In this document: piece after piece, positions 17,522 to 27,483 of the stretch
Position numbering within the stretch: position 1 is the first letter of the stretch
How the letters are laid out: the number at the start of each line of letters is the position of its first letter
Assembly: GCA_964435215.1 (NCBI GenBank)
Contig: CAYSXV010000004.1
Location: 1-37,355, forward strand
DNA length: 37,355 nt
Reading direction: 5' to 3'
Source: an uncultured Candidatus Peribacteria bacterium
Lineage (GTDB): Bacteria > Patescibacteriota > Gracilibacteria > Absconditabacterales > Absconditicoccaceae
Notes under the pieces: model-generated
What the model saw: the letters and a program-made list of their open reading frames with translations, nothing else
Database searches by the model: none
What the model was told of the DNA's origin: nothing
Program-made: the position numbers and the translations under genes

Positions 17522-18283
17522 TTATTTTACCTCAATCAATCGTTCATTTGTTCTCATGAATGGAATAGTCCGAGGATCATTGTATTGATTTAAAATAGCT
17601 ACAGTATCTGTTGTAATATTTTGTTCTTTTAGTGCTTTTTGGAATATACTAAGTTGTTTATTTGCTCTGGACTCTTGCGCATATCGTGAAAATTTCCATA
17701 CATAATATTTTTTTGCTGGAAGTTCAACAAAAGTGATATTAGGATTGTTTGGTTTAGGTAAAGTTTCTATAGTATATTTGCTTGGCATAGTAAACGTAAT
17801 AAGATAACTATCGCCTTCTTTTTGTGTCCCCACAGGAGCAGTCATAGCAATAGTGCTATTTGTCTTTGTTACTCATACAGGAGCCGTCATGGCAATAGTG
17901 CTATTTGTCTTTGTTACTCATACAGGAGCCGTCATGGCAATAGTACTATTTGTTTTTGTTACTCATACAGGAGCAGTCATGGCAATTGTACTATTTGTTT
18001 TTGTAGTACCTACTGGAGCCGTCATAGCAACTGATGTCTTATTTGTATTTCATCAGAATATATATCACGCTAATTGACGGAATCAATCATTAAGAGCTTT
18101 ATTTTGTGAGCCTGTTACTGATACAACTGCTTGTATCATAGGTCCAATTTCACGCACTTCTATATTCCCAGTTATCATTGTGCTAGAAATAATTTTTGGT
18201 TTTTCGATGCTTCTTGTGCTAAAATATGACCAAGATACTCGTATCACTAATACGATAAATATAATTATAAGAACTATTTTCAT
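17522..18283 (-). CDS. SOUL haem-binding-family protein with an N-terminal signal/anchor and an internal 15-aa tandem repeat
   Basis: The sequence reads ...EKPKIISSTMITGNIEVREIGPMIQAVV...GFRQLAGYIFGGNTNK..., then five copies of (I)AMTAPVG.TKTNST, then ...YLITFTMPSKY...YNDPRTIPFMRTNERLIEV. A single table-25 frame links track ORFs 18083-18283 and 17522-17845. Confidence 0.8.
17832..18045. repeat. 45-bp tandem repeat, about 4.7 copies, in frame within the SOUL gene
   Basis: Units start at 17832, 17877, 17922, 17967 and 18012 (ACAGGAGC[AC]GTCATGGCAATAGTGCTATTTGTCTTTGTTACTCAT). There are only a few substitutions between units. Confidence 0.9.
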
Positions 18284-18450
18284 GGATATATAATAGATAA
18301 AAAAATATAATAAGATTTAACAATCAAATCAATATTTTAGTTTAGATTTAGAGAAAAGTTTTTCAAGTAGAAAAAATATTAATTAGAGTATAAATTTTAA
18401 TTTAAAAAAAAGGAAGATAAAAATCCTCCTATTGGCTACAAATTAATGTG

Positions 18451-18780
18451 TTAAAAACAGGGGATGATAACCCTTTCATGCTCTGATAGATCGACAATAG
18501 CAACTAGAATCAGATGATCATTATCACTGAAGAATTCTGATGAGAATTTTTGTCCATCTACAAATTCAATGATATTGATATCTTGTTTTTGATCTTTCCT
18601 TTTTATCTTCAACTTAAGTGGAAGGGATTTTTTTTCTATTGATCCTTTACCGAAGTGTTTGAAATAAAAAGCTTGCCATGAAGGATAGTCTGTTGGTTGA
18701 TAGTGAGTAAACTCACTTGCAAATCGGAATTCTCCTTCTACACCTATGAGCGAATAAATATTAGCGCCTTTTAGTATCAT
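18451..18780 (-). CDS. Hypothetical protein, 109 aa (TGA-free)
   Basis: Intact ORF ending at TAA. All its Gly are GGN. A hairpin plus T-run on the minus strand lies just downstream (about 18410-18440). Confidence 0.5.
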   Translation of the reverse strand: MILKGANIYSLIGVEGEFRFASEFTHYQPTDYPSWQAFYFKHFGKGSIEKKSLPLKLKIKRKDQKQDINIIEFVDGQKFSSEFFSDNDHLILVAIVDLSEHERVIIPCF

Positions 18781-18895
18781 ATATATATATTTGTTTTATA
18801 TTTTGTTTATATATATTTTGTATGTAAAGTCAATTAGTAGAAAACAATATATTTAATCTGATTTTTATATGGAAGTACCATTGATAACCCCATAT

Positions 18896-18923
18896 TTGAC
18901 AAAATAGAAAAATAGTTTATAAT
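18896..18923 (+). promoter_or_regulatory. Consensus promoter TTGACA-N16-TATAAT for the giant surface-protein gene
   Basis: TTGACA at 18896-18901 and TATAAT at 18918-18923, 52 nt upstream of the ATG at 18975. Confidence 0.6.
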
Positions 18924-18974
18924 ATTGATGTTTAATATTATTGAAAATCTAAATTTAGTTAGATAATCTTTATA

Positions 18975-21900
18975 ATGAAAAAATTAATATCTATAATTAT
19001 TTTTATTATGTCCATCTGTTCTTTCAGTGTATATGCAGCACAATTGACATGGGATGCCGTATCTAATGGAGTGACAATAGATGATGGTGTATGAACATGG
19101 AAGGTCTGATTCTTGACTTTTAATGATGGAGCTACAAGCGTTGCGTGGGCTACTGGTAGCGATGCAATAATTGGAAACTGATGAATAGGTTGAGTGATAA
19201 CCGTATCTGGTACCGTTATTCCAAACTCTATCTTATTTTTACCAGTATCTTCAAATTATACATTAAGTGGTGGTATAATTAATTTAACTAATACAAATAC
19301 TATTATAACAACTAGCTGATCAACATCGCCAATAATAAATTCTGTATTATCATGAACAGGTTGATTAACTAAAACGTGATCATGAACACTGACTTTGGGT
19401 GGTACGAATACATATACATGAAACACTACAATTAGTGAAGGAAAAATTATAGCAAACAATATTTATGCATTTGGTTTAACAGGAAATATTTCTGTATCTT
19501 CATGAGCTATACTTGATATTTCATGACTTAATTATTCTGGACAAGATAATATTTTTAGTCGTACAACTGTAGCTACTGGTGGTAGCATAATTTCATCTAT
19601 CCAAACTATAAAATATGATTTTGAATCTGATACATCATGAGTAAGACCAGCAGATATACTTATTGATTATAGATGAGACATGAAAGTTGGATCGATTACT
19701 GGATTAAATTGAAAATGAGCAACGATTTCTTCATCAGGTAGTGCTTGGCCACCAATAATTCCAATTACGTTAACAAAGTTTCCTGCTTCTACAGATTATT
19801 CTGTGATTTGGTTACAATCAAGTGCAAACACAGGATATAAAAATGGAATAACTCTCCGTGCTCAAGCTACAACAGGGACTCATGCAAATTCATGAGTAAG
19901 ACAATGATATCTTTTCCAGGTATCAAATTATAATAACCAATTAATGTTTGCGTTAGTTTGAAGTACATGATATAATATTACAATTAAGGCTGTTACTGGA
20001 GCACTTCCAAATGTTCCTCGTCGATATAAAGCTACAGTAATATGAAATACACAAACTTTTTCATATTCAGATGTTTCTAATAAGTGACCATGGATAGTGG
20101 CTATACAAAAGACATTTTCTAATTATGCTTCATGATATACACAATATACTGATGGATGGAATTATCAGACTTTAAATCTAGCATATATTGATGATGTTAC
20201 TATGCAATATGTTAATTCAACTACTATAGTACCAGATAGACCCAATGCTCCAAGTTTAGTAGAAATGTGATCTACATCAACAACTCTTTGATTTTCTGGA
20301 TATATATTATCTGGGGTGACTCAGTATACTATTACAGCTAACCCAGGAGCTATAACTGCTACAGGAGCAGGTAGTCCATTGACTGTATCTGGACTTTCTC
20401 CATCTACAACATATGCATTTACTTTATCAGCTCAAAATTCAGCAGGATCATCTATGGATTCAATTCCATATACAGGAACAACATCAGCATGAACAACTGC
20501 AACAATAACTTATAGTACAACATGAGCAACAAGTTGAAATGTAATCGCAACTTTAACATGATTAAGTGGAGCAACTATAACAAATAATGGTTGAAGTGAT
20601 GTATATACATTTACATGAAATTGAACTTTTACATTTACATATAGTCAGTGAGCAACTACTGGTAGTGCAGTAGCAACAGTAAATCGAATTGATAAAACCT
20701 CTCCAACTGCAACGATAAGTTACAATCCGACATGAGCAACAAATGGAAATGTGATTGTAACATTGACGTGATTTAGTGAATCAATTACAATTACAAATAA
20801 TGGATGAAGTTCTGGTTACACATTTGTAGGTAACTGAAGTTTTACATTTAATTTCAAAGATGCAGTAGGAAATACATGAAGTACTACGGCTGTAGTAACT
20901 TGGATAAATAATCCTGGGTCATTAACGATTACAAGTCCTGTTCAATATCAAGTAATTCAACGTGATAAAGTTACTAATAAATGATCTATACAGATTGTCG
21001 GTACTTATACTTGATCTGTTTCAGGTATTGAAGCAAGTCGGAATAATGGATGATTTGTAAATATATCAGCAGCTATGAATTGATGAGTATTTACTGGTAC
21101 TCTTACAAATCAAACAGGTGGTCAATGAACACTTATCATACGTTCAACAACTAATACAGAAGATGTAGCAAGCGTATCTATGATATGAGTTTGAGATATT
21201 TTTATTGTAGCATGACAAAGTAACGCTGCTTGATGGGGTTCAAGACCTCAGTTATTTACTGGATCTAATGGTATTACAGCTAGTTTATTTGGTAATGATT
21301 ATAACTGGAAAGCATTAACAGATCCATATGATATTAATACTAATCAAGTAGATGCGGTCAGTCTTGATTCATATACAAATGGATCATTTGTTCCGCTTTT
21401 AGCAACTAAAATTGTCGCTAGTCAGAATATCCCAGTCGCATTTGTACCTACTGCAATGTGATGAACCAATATCAGTGTATGGACTCCATGAGCAAATCAT
21501 TTTGATAGAACTACTCTTTATGGTTCTATGGCATATAGGATTGCTCAAGTATGATGAAAAATAGCTGGAGTACTTTTTTTCCAATGAGAATCTGATGTGA
21601 TGATGAAAAGATCAACAGCATCTTATCAAACAGCATTAAATACAATCGTAAATACTTTACAATCAGATTTTGCAGCTTCATGAACTATTAAATGGTTTGT
21701 ATGATCTATCGGTTCAAATAATTATTCTGGATATGCTATAGATGCAATACGTAAAGCACAACAAGAAATATATTTAACAAATTCATATGTATATTCTACA
21801 AACGCATTAACATACGATATCAATATAGCTGATGAATGAGATGCTAATCTTCATTTTAGATCTGATGGTGATCTAGCTGCTTTTTCAGAAAGACGATGGA

Positions 21901-22847
21901 ATACAATATCAAAAGAATATTATGGATTATCAGTAAATGCTGCACCTAGAATCGTTACTTCATGAGCTGTATTATACAACAATAATTCACTTGTACTTAC
22001 ATTTGATACGCCGATTGCAGAACAGGTTCCATCATCATACACAAACAATCTTGCATGAACTACATATCTTACATGATCAGTATGAGCATTTTGAATTAGT
22101 GGAGGAAATGTTTCTGTAGAATCAGTTTCTCTTTATGGAACAAATTCTATAATCCTTTCTTTGAGTGGAGTAACTTCATGAACAAGTTTGTATATAAATT
22201 ATGCAAATGCTACTTCTTGAGTAAATAAAGCTATATATAGTACTACAAGTTATCAACCAGCATATCCTATTTATAGTATGCCAATTACTGTTAGTGAAGC
22301 TAGCGTAGGATGAGTGTGTGTGTGATGATGAGTTTGAGAAGCTTGTCTAAGTCTAGAAATTACTGCTGTTACCTGACAATGTCGATACTGAGTAAATCTT
22401 GATCTATGAAATCATGATCAAACATATAGCGCATTTACTATGACTGGAGCGTTTACTGGAAATAATTGAACATATCCTCTTAGATGGTCATGTAACGATA
22501 CCGCTTGAAAAGCACCTTGGAATATGCAGATATCTTCAACTGATTTAACAGTTACTTGAACTGCTTATTCTATCCCAAATACTGCTATAGAACTTAAAAC
22601 TGCTGAATTTACAAAATATAGATGAAGCAATTCTTATGCTGGATCTATATGAGCATTTGCTGCGCGAGGTACAAATTTATCTGCCCCAAGAAAAGTTTTT
22701 GAAAAAACTTCGCCTGCTGGTACTGTAGGTGAGATATGAACTGATACGGTAGATCTTAGAGTACTTGTACCTATCAACCAGGAAGTATGAGCATATCAAG
22801 CGACTATAACTATTGCTTATCCTCAGATGTAATTAAAATTATTTAGA
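18975..22847 (+). CDS. Large secreted/surface protein, 1290 aa: signal peptide, autotransporter-associated beta-strand (PATR-like) repeats, an FN3-like module, two beta-repeat modules of about 70 aa, and a SASA/sialate-O-acetylesterase-like (GQSN) domain
   Basis: All 1291 codons were checked in frame and contain no TAA/TAG. TGA=Gly codons are frequent. Signal peptide: MKKLISIIIFIMSICSFSVYA. PATR-like segment: GGLTKTGSGTLTLGGTNTYTGNTTISEGKI. FN3-like segment: PNAPSL...YTITANPG...LSPSTTYAFTLSAQNSAGSS. Duplicated modules: ATITYSTTGATSGNVIATLTG... and ATISYNPTGATNGNVIVTLTG.... Esterase motif: DIFIVAGQSNAAGWG (about 21195-21240). Confidence 0.85.
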
Positions 22848-22858
22848 TATTTAGAAGA

Positions 22859-22881
22859 GGAGCGGAAGCTCCTTTTTTTGT
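22859..22881 (+). terminator. Rho-independent terminator
   Basis: AGGAGC-GGAA-GCTCCT (22859-22874) followed by TTTTTTT. Confidence 0.8.
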
Positions 22882-22916
22882 AATTGAAAATTATGAATTT
22901 ATTTTAAATAATTATA

Positions 22917-23453
22917 TTAAACAGATTCAAAAAATTTAATTGCGAATTCGGAAAAGTGTTTTACTATGTCTTTATTTAAATCGAATTCTTTTCTATCTCG
23001 AAGATAATTATCTGATATTGGAGTTATTATCTGACCTTCTTCTAATTCTTTATAATTTAAACATTTTATATCTTTTTTGGAAACAACAATAAAAAATACA
23101 TTATGATAAGGATAATCTTTATCTATATCTTTTCTTGAAAAGGTTCAATTTTTGCGAAATTTTACTTCAACAAAATAAAAAGATTTTGTGTCGGGATTAT
23201 GGACAACTAAATCAGGCATTCTTCTTATATCTGTTGCTACTTCTGTTTTTATTCAATGTAATAGTTCCATAATTCATGGAATTGTATTTTCCATTCCATA
23301 TTGAAAAATATTAAAATCAGAAGATAAAAACAGTTCTTGTATTAATGTCTCAGCAATTCTACCTTTTATCATATTATAATGAAAATTGTAATTTTTTTTT
23401 GTTAGTCAATTGAGATTTTTTTCTACTTTTTTACTTTCGATTCAATTATCCAT
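22917..23453 (-). CDS. PD-(D/E)xK nuclease-fold protein (putative), 178 aa
   Basis: The table-25 translation contains ...RRMPDLVVHNPDTKSFYFVEVKFRKNG.... This is a D...E-x-K arrangement typical of restriction-endonuclease-like folds. Length is 537 nt. Confidence 0.5.
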
Positions 23454-23605
23454 TGTAAATAGCTTTATTAAGATAAAATTAACCAGATTAATTATAGCTG
23501 CTTTTATTTTTTTTGCAAAATTTGATGATTTGAAAATTCTAATTGAAATTTGAATAAAAATTAGCATAAGGAAAAGAATTTACTTTTTATGAAATTGATA
23601 TAAAT

Positions 23606-24070
23606 ATGGAAAATACAGTTAGTAATTACGAATATAATATGGAATCTAATTCTGAATCAATTGAACTATTAAAAGATATGGAGAATAGGAATTTTAATTT
23701 AAGGAGTAATCACAATACGGCATATTTTACTTTTATATGATTTATTATAAGCATAACTTCTGTATTTATATGATTCAAATCAGATTTAAATATTTATACG
23801 ACATATATATTTTTATGAACTATATTATCTTTTGTTATTTGATTTTATTTGTATTTTGAAGAATCTGTAATTTTAATTAAAAAATCTGGAAAGATGTATA
23901 ATATTGTCGCTGATGCACTTGATAAAAAGACAAATCCTTTAGATTCTTTACAAAAAAACATAGAAAAAAAATGTTATGAAAAATTTATCTGAAAAGCATA
24001 TGTTTTTTTTCAGAATTTATGATTAATACTTTTTATGCTTTGAATTGTTGTTTATGTTGTTATTAGATAA
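23606..24070 (+). CDS. Small membrane protein, 154 aa (hypothetical)
   Basis: Table-25 ORF with hydrophobic helices (AYFTFIGFIISITSVFIGF, YIFLGTILSFVIGFYLYF, VFFQNLGLILFMLGIVVYVVI). Stop is TAA at 24068-24070. Confidence 0.5.
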
Positions 24071-24234
24071 TTAATAATAACTCACTATGAATATAGTCGA
24101 GAGATTATAGTAGGACAGTGGTATACTCGAAAAATTATTTATAATTATAAATTAAATCCCCCGAAAAAAATAAATTTCTTGATATATATATAAATAACGT
24201 TATTAGTTTATCAGCATTTACTTATAATTTTTTT

Positions 24235-24825
24235 ATGTATCTAGACGATCCAGAATTACAGAAACAAAAGGCTGAAGCTACTAAACAAAAATGGGAAAAG
24301 CTAGTCTCATGAGATGAGCCTTATAAATGTAGAAAATGTTGAGAATTGAAAGCTCCCAGTGATTTTGTGATTCAACGATTAGATAATTTTTGGGTTGGTA
24401 AATATCGTTATCTTTATGAATGTAAACAATGTAAAAAAAATAGAATATATGGTAAAAGATCTACTGATAGAGAAACTATAGACGGAGCTATGGATATTAT
24501 CATCAAACAATTACATCAATGAGCAAAAAAAAGAAATATTTCTTTTGAAATAAGTGCAGATGATTTATTGAAATTGCGAGAAAAACAAGGCGGGAAATGC
24601 TATTATACATCATATGATATGGAATATTGATTTATCCATTATAAAGAGTGAAAAGAGTCAGATAAAACTAGATGGCAGGTCTCATGTGATAGATTGGACA
24701 ATAATGTCTGATATCAGAAGGGGAATGTGGTTTTGTGTTGTACTATTGCAAATAAAATGAAAAATACCCTTTCACAAAAAGAATTTTATAAAATCTGTAA
24801 AGATATAGCAAATAAGCATAGTTAG
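24235..24825 (+). CDS. Zn-ribbon plus HNH-like (His-Me finger-like, apparently degenerate) protein, 196 aa
   Basis: It has CxxC...CxxC (YKCRKCGEL...YECKQCKK). The C-terminal segment GGKCYYTSYDM...VSCDRLDNNVGYQKGNVVLCCTIANKMKN resembles HNH modules, with D-R in place of D-H. Stop is TAG at 24823-24825. Confidence 0.45.
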
Positions 24826-25139
24826 AAGAAATAGTTTATTATGACTTTGCACTATATTTTTATAGTATCTGCAAGGTTATACAATGTATCTTGTGCAAGG
24901 TATAATGTATTTCTTTCAAATCCTCTAAATTTGCTTTAAATCTTATATTACGTTTATTTATGTAAAATAAATTAATTATTTGATCAGACTTTTTTTGAAA
25001 ATTTTTGAGAACGTAGAAAACATATATTATGCTCTTTGGATATAATGAGAATGACTTTACATGACAATGTCTCATTATAAACACCTAGTATTGAAAATAA
25101 GCTAATATGTATCCTATAATGCCTTTAAAGACAAAAATG

Positions 25140-25166
25140 ACGTGAAAATAAGACACGTTTTTTTTA
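25140..25166 (+). terminator. Rho-independent terminator in an intergenic region with no assigned gene
   Basis: ACGTG (25140-25144) / CACGT (25154-25158) followed by T9. Its transcript is unassigned: either a long 3' UTR of the 24235 gene or a small RNA/peptide starting near 24841. Confidence 0.5.
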
Positions 25167-25412
25167 TTGACCTGTAGTTGGTTCAGCTAGAGTGAAAAAA
25201 TCATCGAATTTGAATCGTATATTATGGCTTTATGAGCCTAAATTAGGGGAGTTTTAAAAACAAAAAATTAGGGTAGTACTACTCTATTTTTTATCATAAA
25301 ATAAAAATTCCTCTATCAAAAAATGACAATAAAATATATTTTGAAATATTTATTGATATTGGATCTTATAAAAAAATTGTAATTTGATGAAATTTTAATT
25401 TACTTTGCACAA

Positions 25413-26243
25413 TTATTGGTGTGAGTTATTTTCGTAATCCTCTATCTGTTTTTTTACTATTTCTTCATCCTCTGGATTGGTTACTCCAAATCGAGTATCT
25501 GGTGTAGAATACAATTTCATCTTTACTCACTCCTCTTTCACTATGTTTGATATCTCTACTGGTAGATAACATTCTATTCTTCTATCTCAATTATGTTCTA
25601 TTTTAAAATTTGATAATCTGTTATTTAATAATTCTAAAGCCTGATTACTCAATCAAAATATATTCATACTACATAGATCTTTGTTATTTAATCAGATTTC
25701 TGATAATTTTTCTTTTTCTATTCATATCATTTCTTTTATATCTTGAACATAGTTTTCTCAATCTATTTTAAATATTCATCTATTTACAGATCATTTATCT
25801 GGTACGACATTTTCAAGGATATATCATATAGATACTGATTCATCAGAATTTTGTAGATGATCAAATAATATTTTAAATGAATGAGTTCAATATATATCAT
25901 CTCAATTACATACTACACATGGTCAACTTATAATATCTTTTGCTGAGCATAAAGCATCTACTGTTCATCGTGGTCTATCTCTTAAAGTATCGTCAAATGT
26001 TTGCGTAGCGTATTCTACTGGTATTGATTTATAACTATCGCCAAATGTTTCTTTGAATGGAGAAGCCGTCATTTTACCTACTATAAAAATTATTTTGGAA
26101 AATCATGCAGGTAGTGCTTGTTGTAAAGAATATTCTATAAGAGTAGAATTGTTTGGTCAGACTTTTGCAAATTGTTTTATCTTACCTCCAAAACGTGATG
26201 ACATTCCAGCTACCATATACACCAATGAGATTTCTTTATTCAT
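25413..26243 (-). CDS. Sugar-phosphate nucleotidyltransferase (NTP_transferase family), 276 aa
   Basis: MNKEISLVYMVAGMSSRFGGKIKQFAKVGPNN...GTVDAL...VCNGDDIYG... shows the G-x-G-x-R-F/GGK and GD/DD signatures. Length is 831 nt. Confidence 0.7.
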
Positions 26244-26306
26244 AAATCAGATATTAAAAACTAAATATTAAAACTCTTATAATTTATTGTAGAGATAATT
26301 TCAAGT

Positions 26307-26340
26307 AAAAAAAAAGACTATCCAGTAGAAAACAGGATAG
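26307..26340 (-). terminator. Strong rho-independent terminator between an upstream structured region and the nucleotidyltransferase gene
   Basis: On the minus strand, CTATCC (26340-26335) / GGATAG (26323-26318) is followed by U9 (the A-run at 26307-26315 on the + strand). Confidence 0.7.
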
Positions 26341-26560
26341 CCGGTTACTCGAACCGGTAGCAGCCTATTACTATTAGGCGTATAGAATAAGAAGCTTGTA
26401 ACTGCCTATTTTATATGCCCAGTAAGAATATAGAAAACCGGTTCAAGAATGATGATGCGAAGTCACGTTTGTGTAAACGGAAAGCTTTGCTAACAAATCC
26501 TACAGAATACTGAGGTTTGTTTTTAAGATTATGGTCCATATGACATTACTCATTTTTGTT
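26341..26560 (-). ncRNA. Candidate structured RNA or cis-regulatory leader; class not recognised
   Basis: This G/C-enriched island sits in a 565-nt AT-rich intergenic region. It has several local hairpins (CCGG-N9-CCGG at 26341-26357; GCCTA-N7-TAGGC at 26363-26379) and ends at the terminator at 26307-26340. Confidence 0.35.
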
Positions 26561-26751
26561 TAATATTTTTTTGTTTTACATTAGCATGAGTAATCTTGTT
26601 TATAAAAAAAACAAATAGAATATATCATAATCCACTATACTTTTGTTATCACATGATATGTTTTATAATTAAATGTATAATTACATATTTTCAATAAGTT
26701 ATACAATATGATATTAATGTCTTATATATTGTGCTTTACAACTAGATAATC

Positions 26752-26777
26752 AAAAAAAACCAGAAAATTAATTCTGG
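26752..26777 (-). terminator. Terminator of lemA
   Basis: CCAGAA (26760-26765) / TTCTGG (26772-26777), with a U8 run on the minus strand. Confidence 0.7.
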
Positions 26778-26808
26778 CTTTTATATATTTATATCTTTAG
26801 AAATTATA

Positions 26809-27402
26809 TTATTCTTGTACCGTAGGAGCAAAATCTACTACTGGAGCTTTATCTGCTCATTCATTTGCTTCAAATAAGTTTGTTTGAGTAAATCACATTA
26901 TTCAAGCTACTATATTATTTGGAAAGCTACGTACATATATGTTATAAGCTTTAGCTGTATTATTGAAATTTTTTCTTTCAACTGTTATTCTATTTTCTGA
27001 TCATTCTAATTGAGCTTGTAGTTCTAAGAAGTTTTGATTTGATTTAAGATCAGGATAATTTTCTGTTACCATCAAAAGCCTTGAAAGTGCTGATGAAAGT
27101 TCTGTCTGTGATTTTTGGAAATCAGCAAATTCCTTTGCATCGTTTACATTTATATTAACTTTTGTAGCTGATGCTCTAGCATTTGTAACTCATAACAATA
27201 CTTGCTGTTCTTGTGTAGCAAATCATTTTACTGTGTTTACTAAATTTGGTATAAGATCTAATCTTCTTTGATATACATTTTCTACTTGTGATCGAGCTGT
27301 TTTAGTAGATTCATCCAATGAAACTAGAGTATTGTATTTACCTGCCAATAATAATATTATTACTACAATGATTCATAAGATAATTAGTCGTGTCTTTTTC
27401 AT
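26809..27402 (-). CDS. lemA: LemA family protein, 197 aa
   Basis: An N-terminal TM segment is followed by ...[27 protein letters not shown]...[34 protein letters not shown]...[15 protein letters not shown].... Confidence 0.9.
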
Positions 27403-27483
27403 AATGATTAACTTAATTAAAAATTAAAATGCTGATTGTTATTTATATTTTTATTTTTGTTATTTTCAATATTTTATAATATT

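Noticed and set aside
17822-18077. Track ORFs 17822-18034(+) and 17853-18077(+) have striking internal repeats (CYSYRSRHGNS..., FVFVTHTGAVMAIVL...).
   Set aside because: They are antisense shadows of the 45-bp tandem repeat inside the minus-strand SOUL gene. The minus-strand frame gives the conserved AMTAPV motif and joins two family-consistent halves.
26341-26375. GGTTCGAGT (minus strand) looked like a tRNA/tmRNA T-arm, and CAGG...AGCAGCC (plus strand) looked like SRP RNA helix 8.
   Set aside because: The putative T-stem has only 4 bp with a 9-nt loop, and there is no acceptor/D/anticodon arrangement or CCA-proximal pairing. The SRP-like segment lacks the GNRA tetraloop and a long closing helix, and a strong minus-strand terminator overlaps it.
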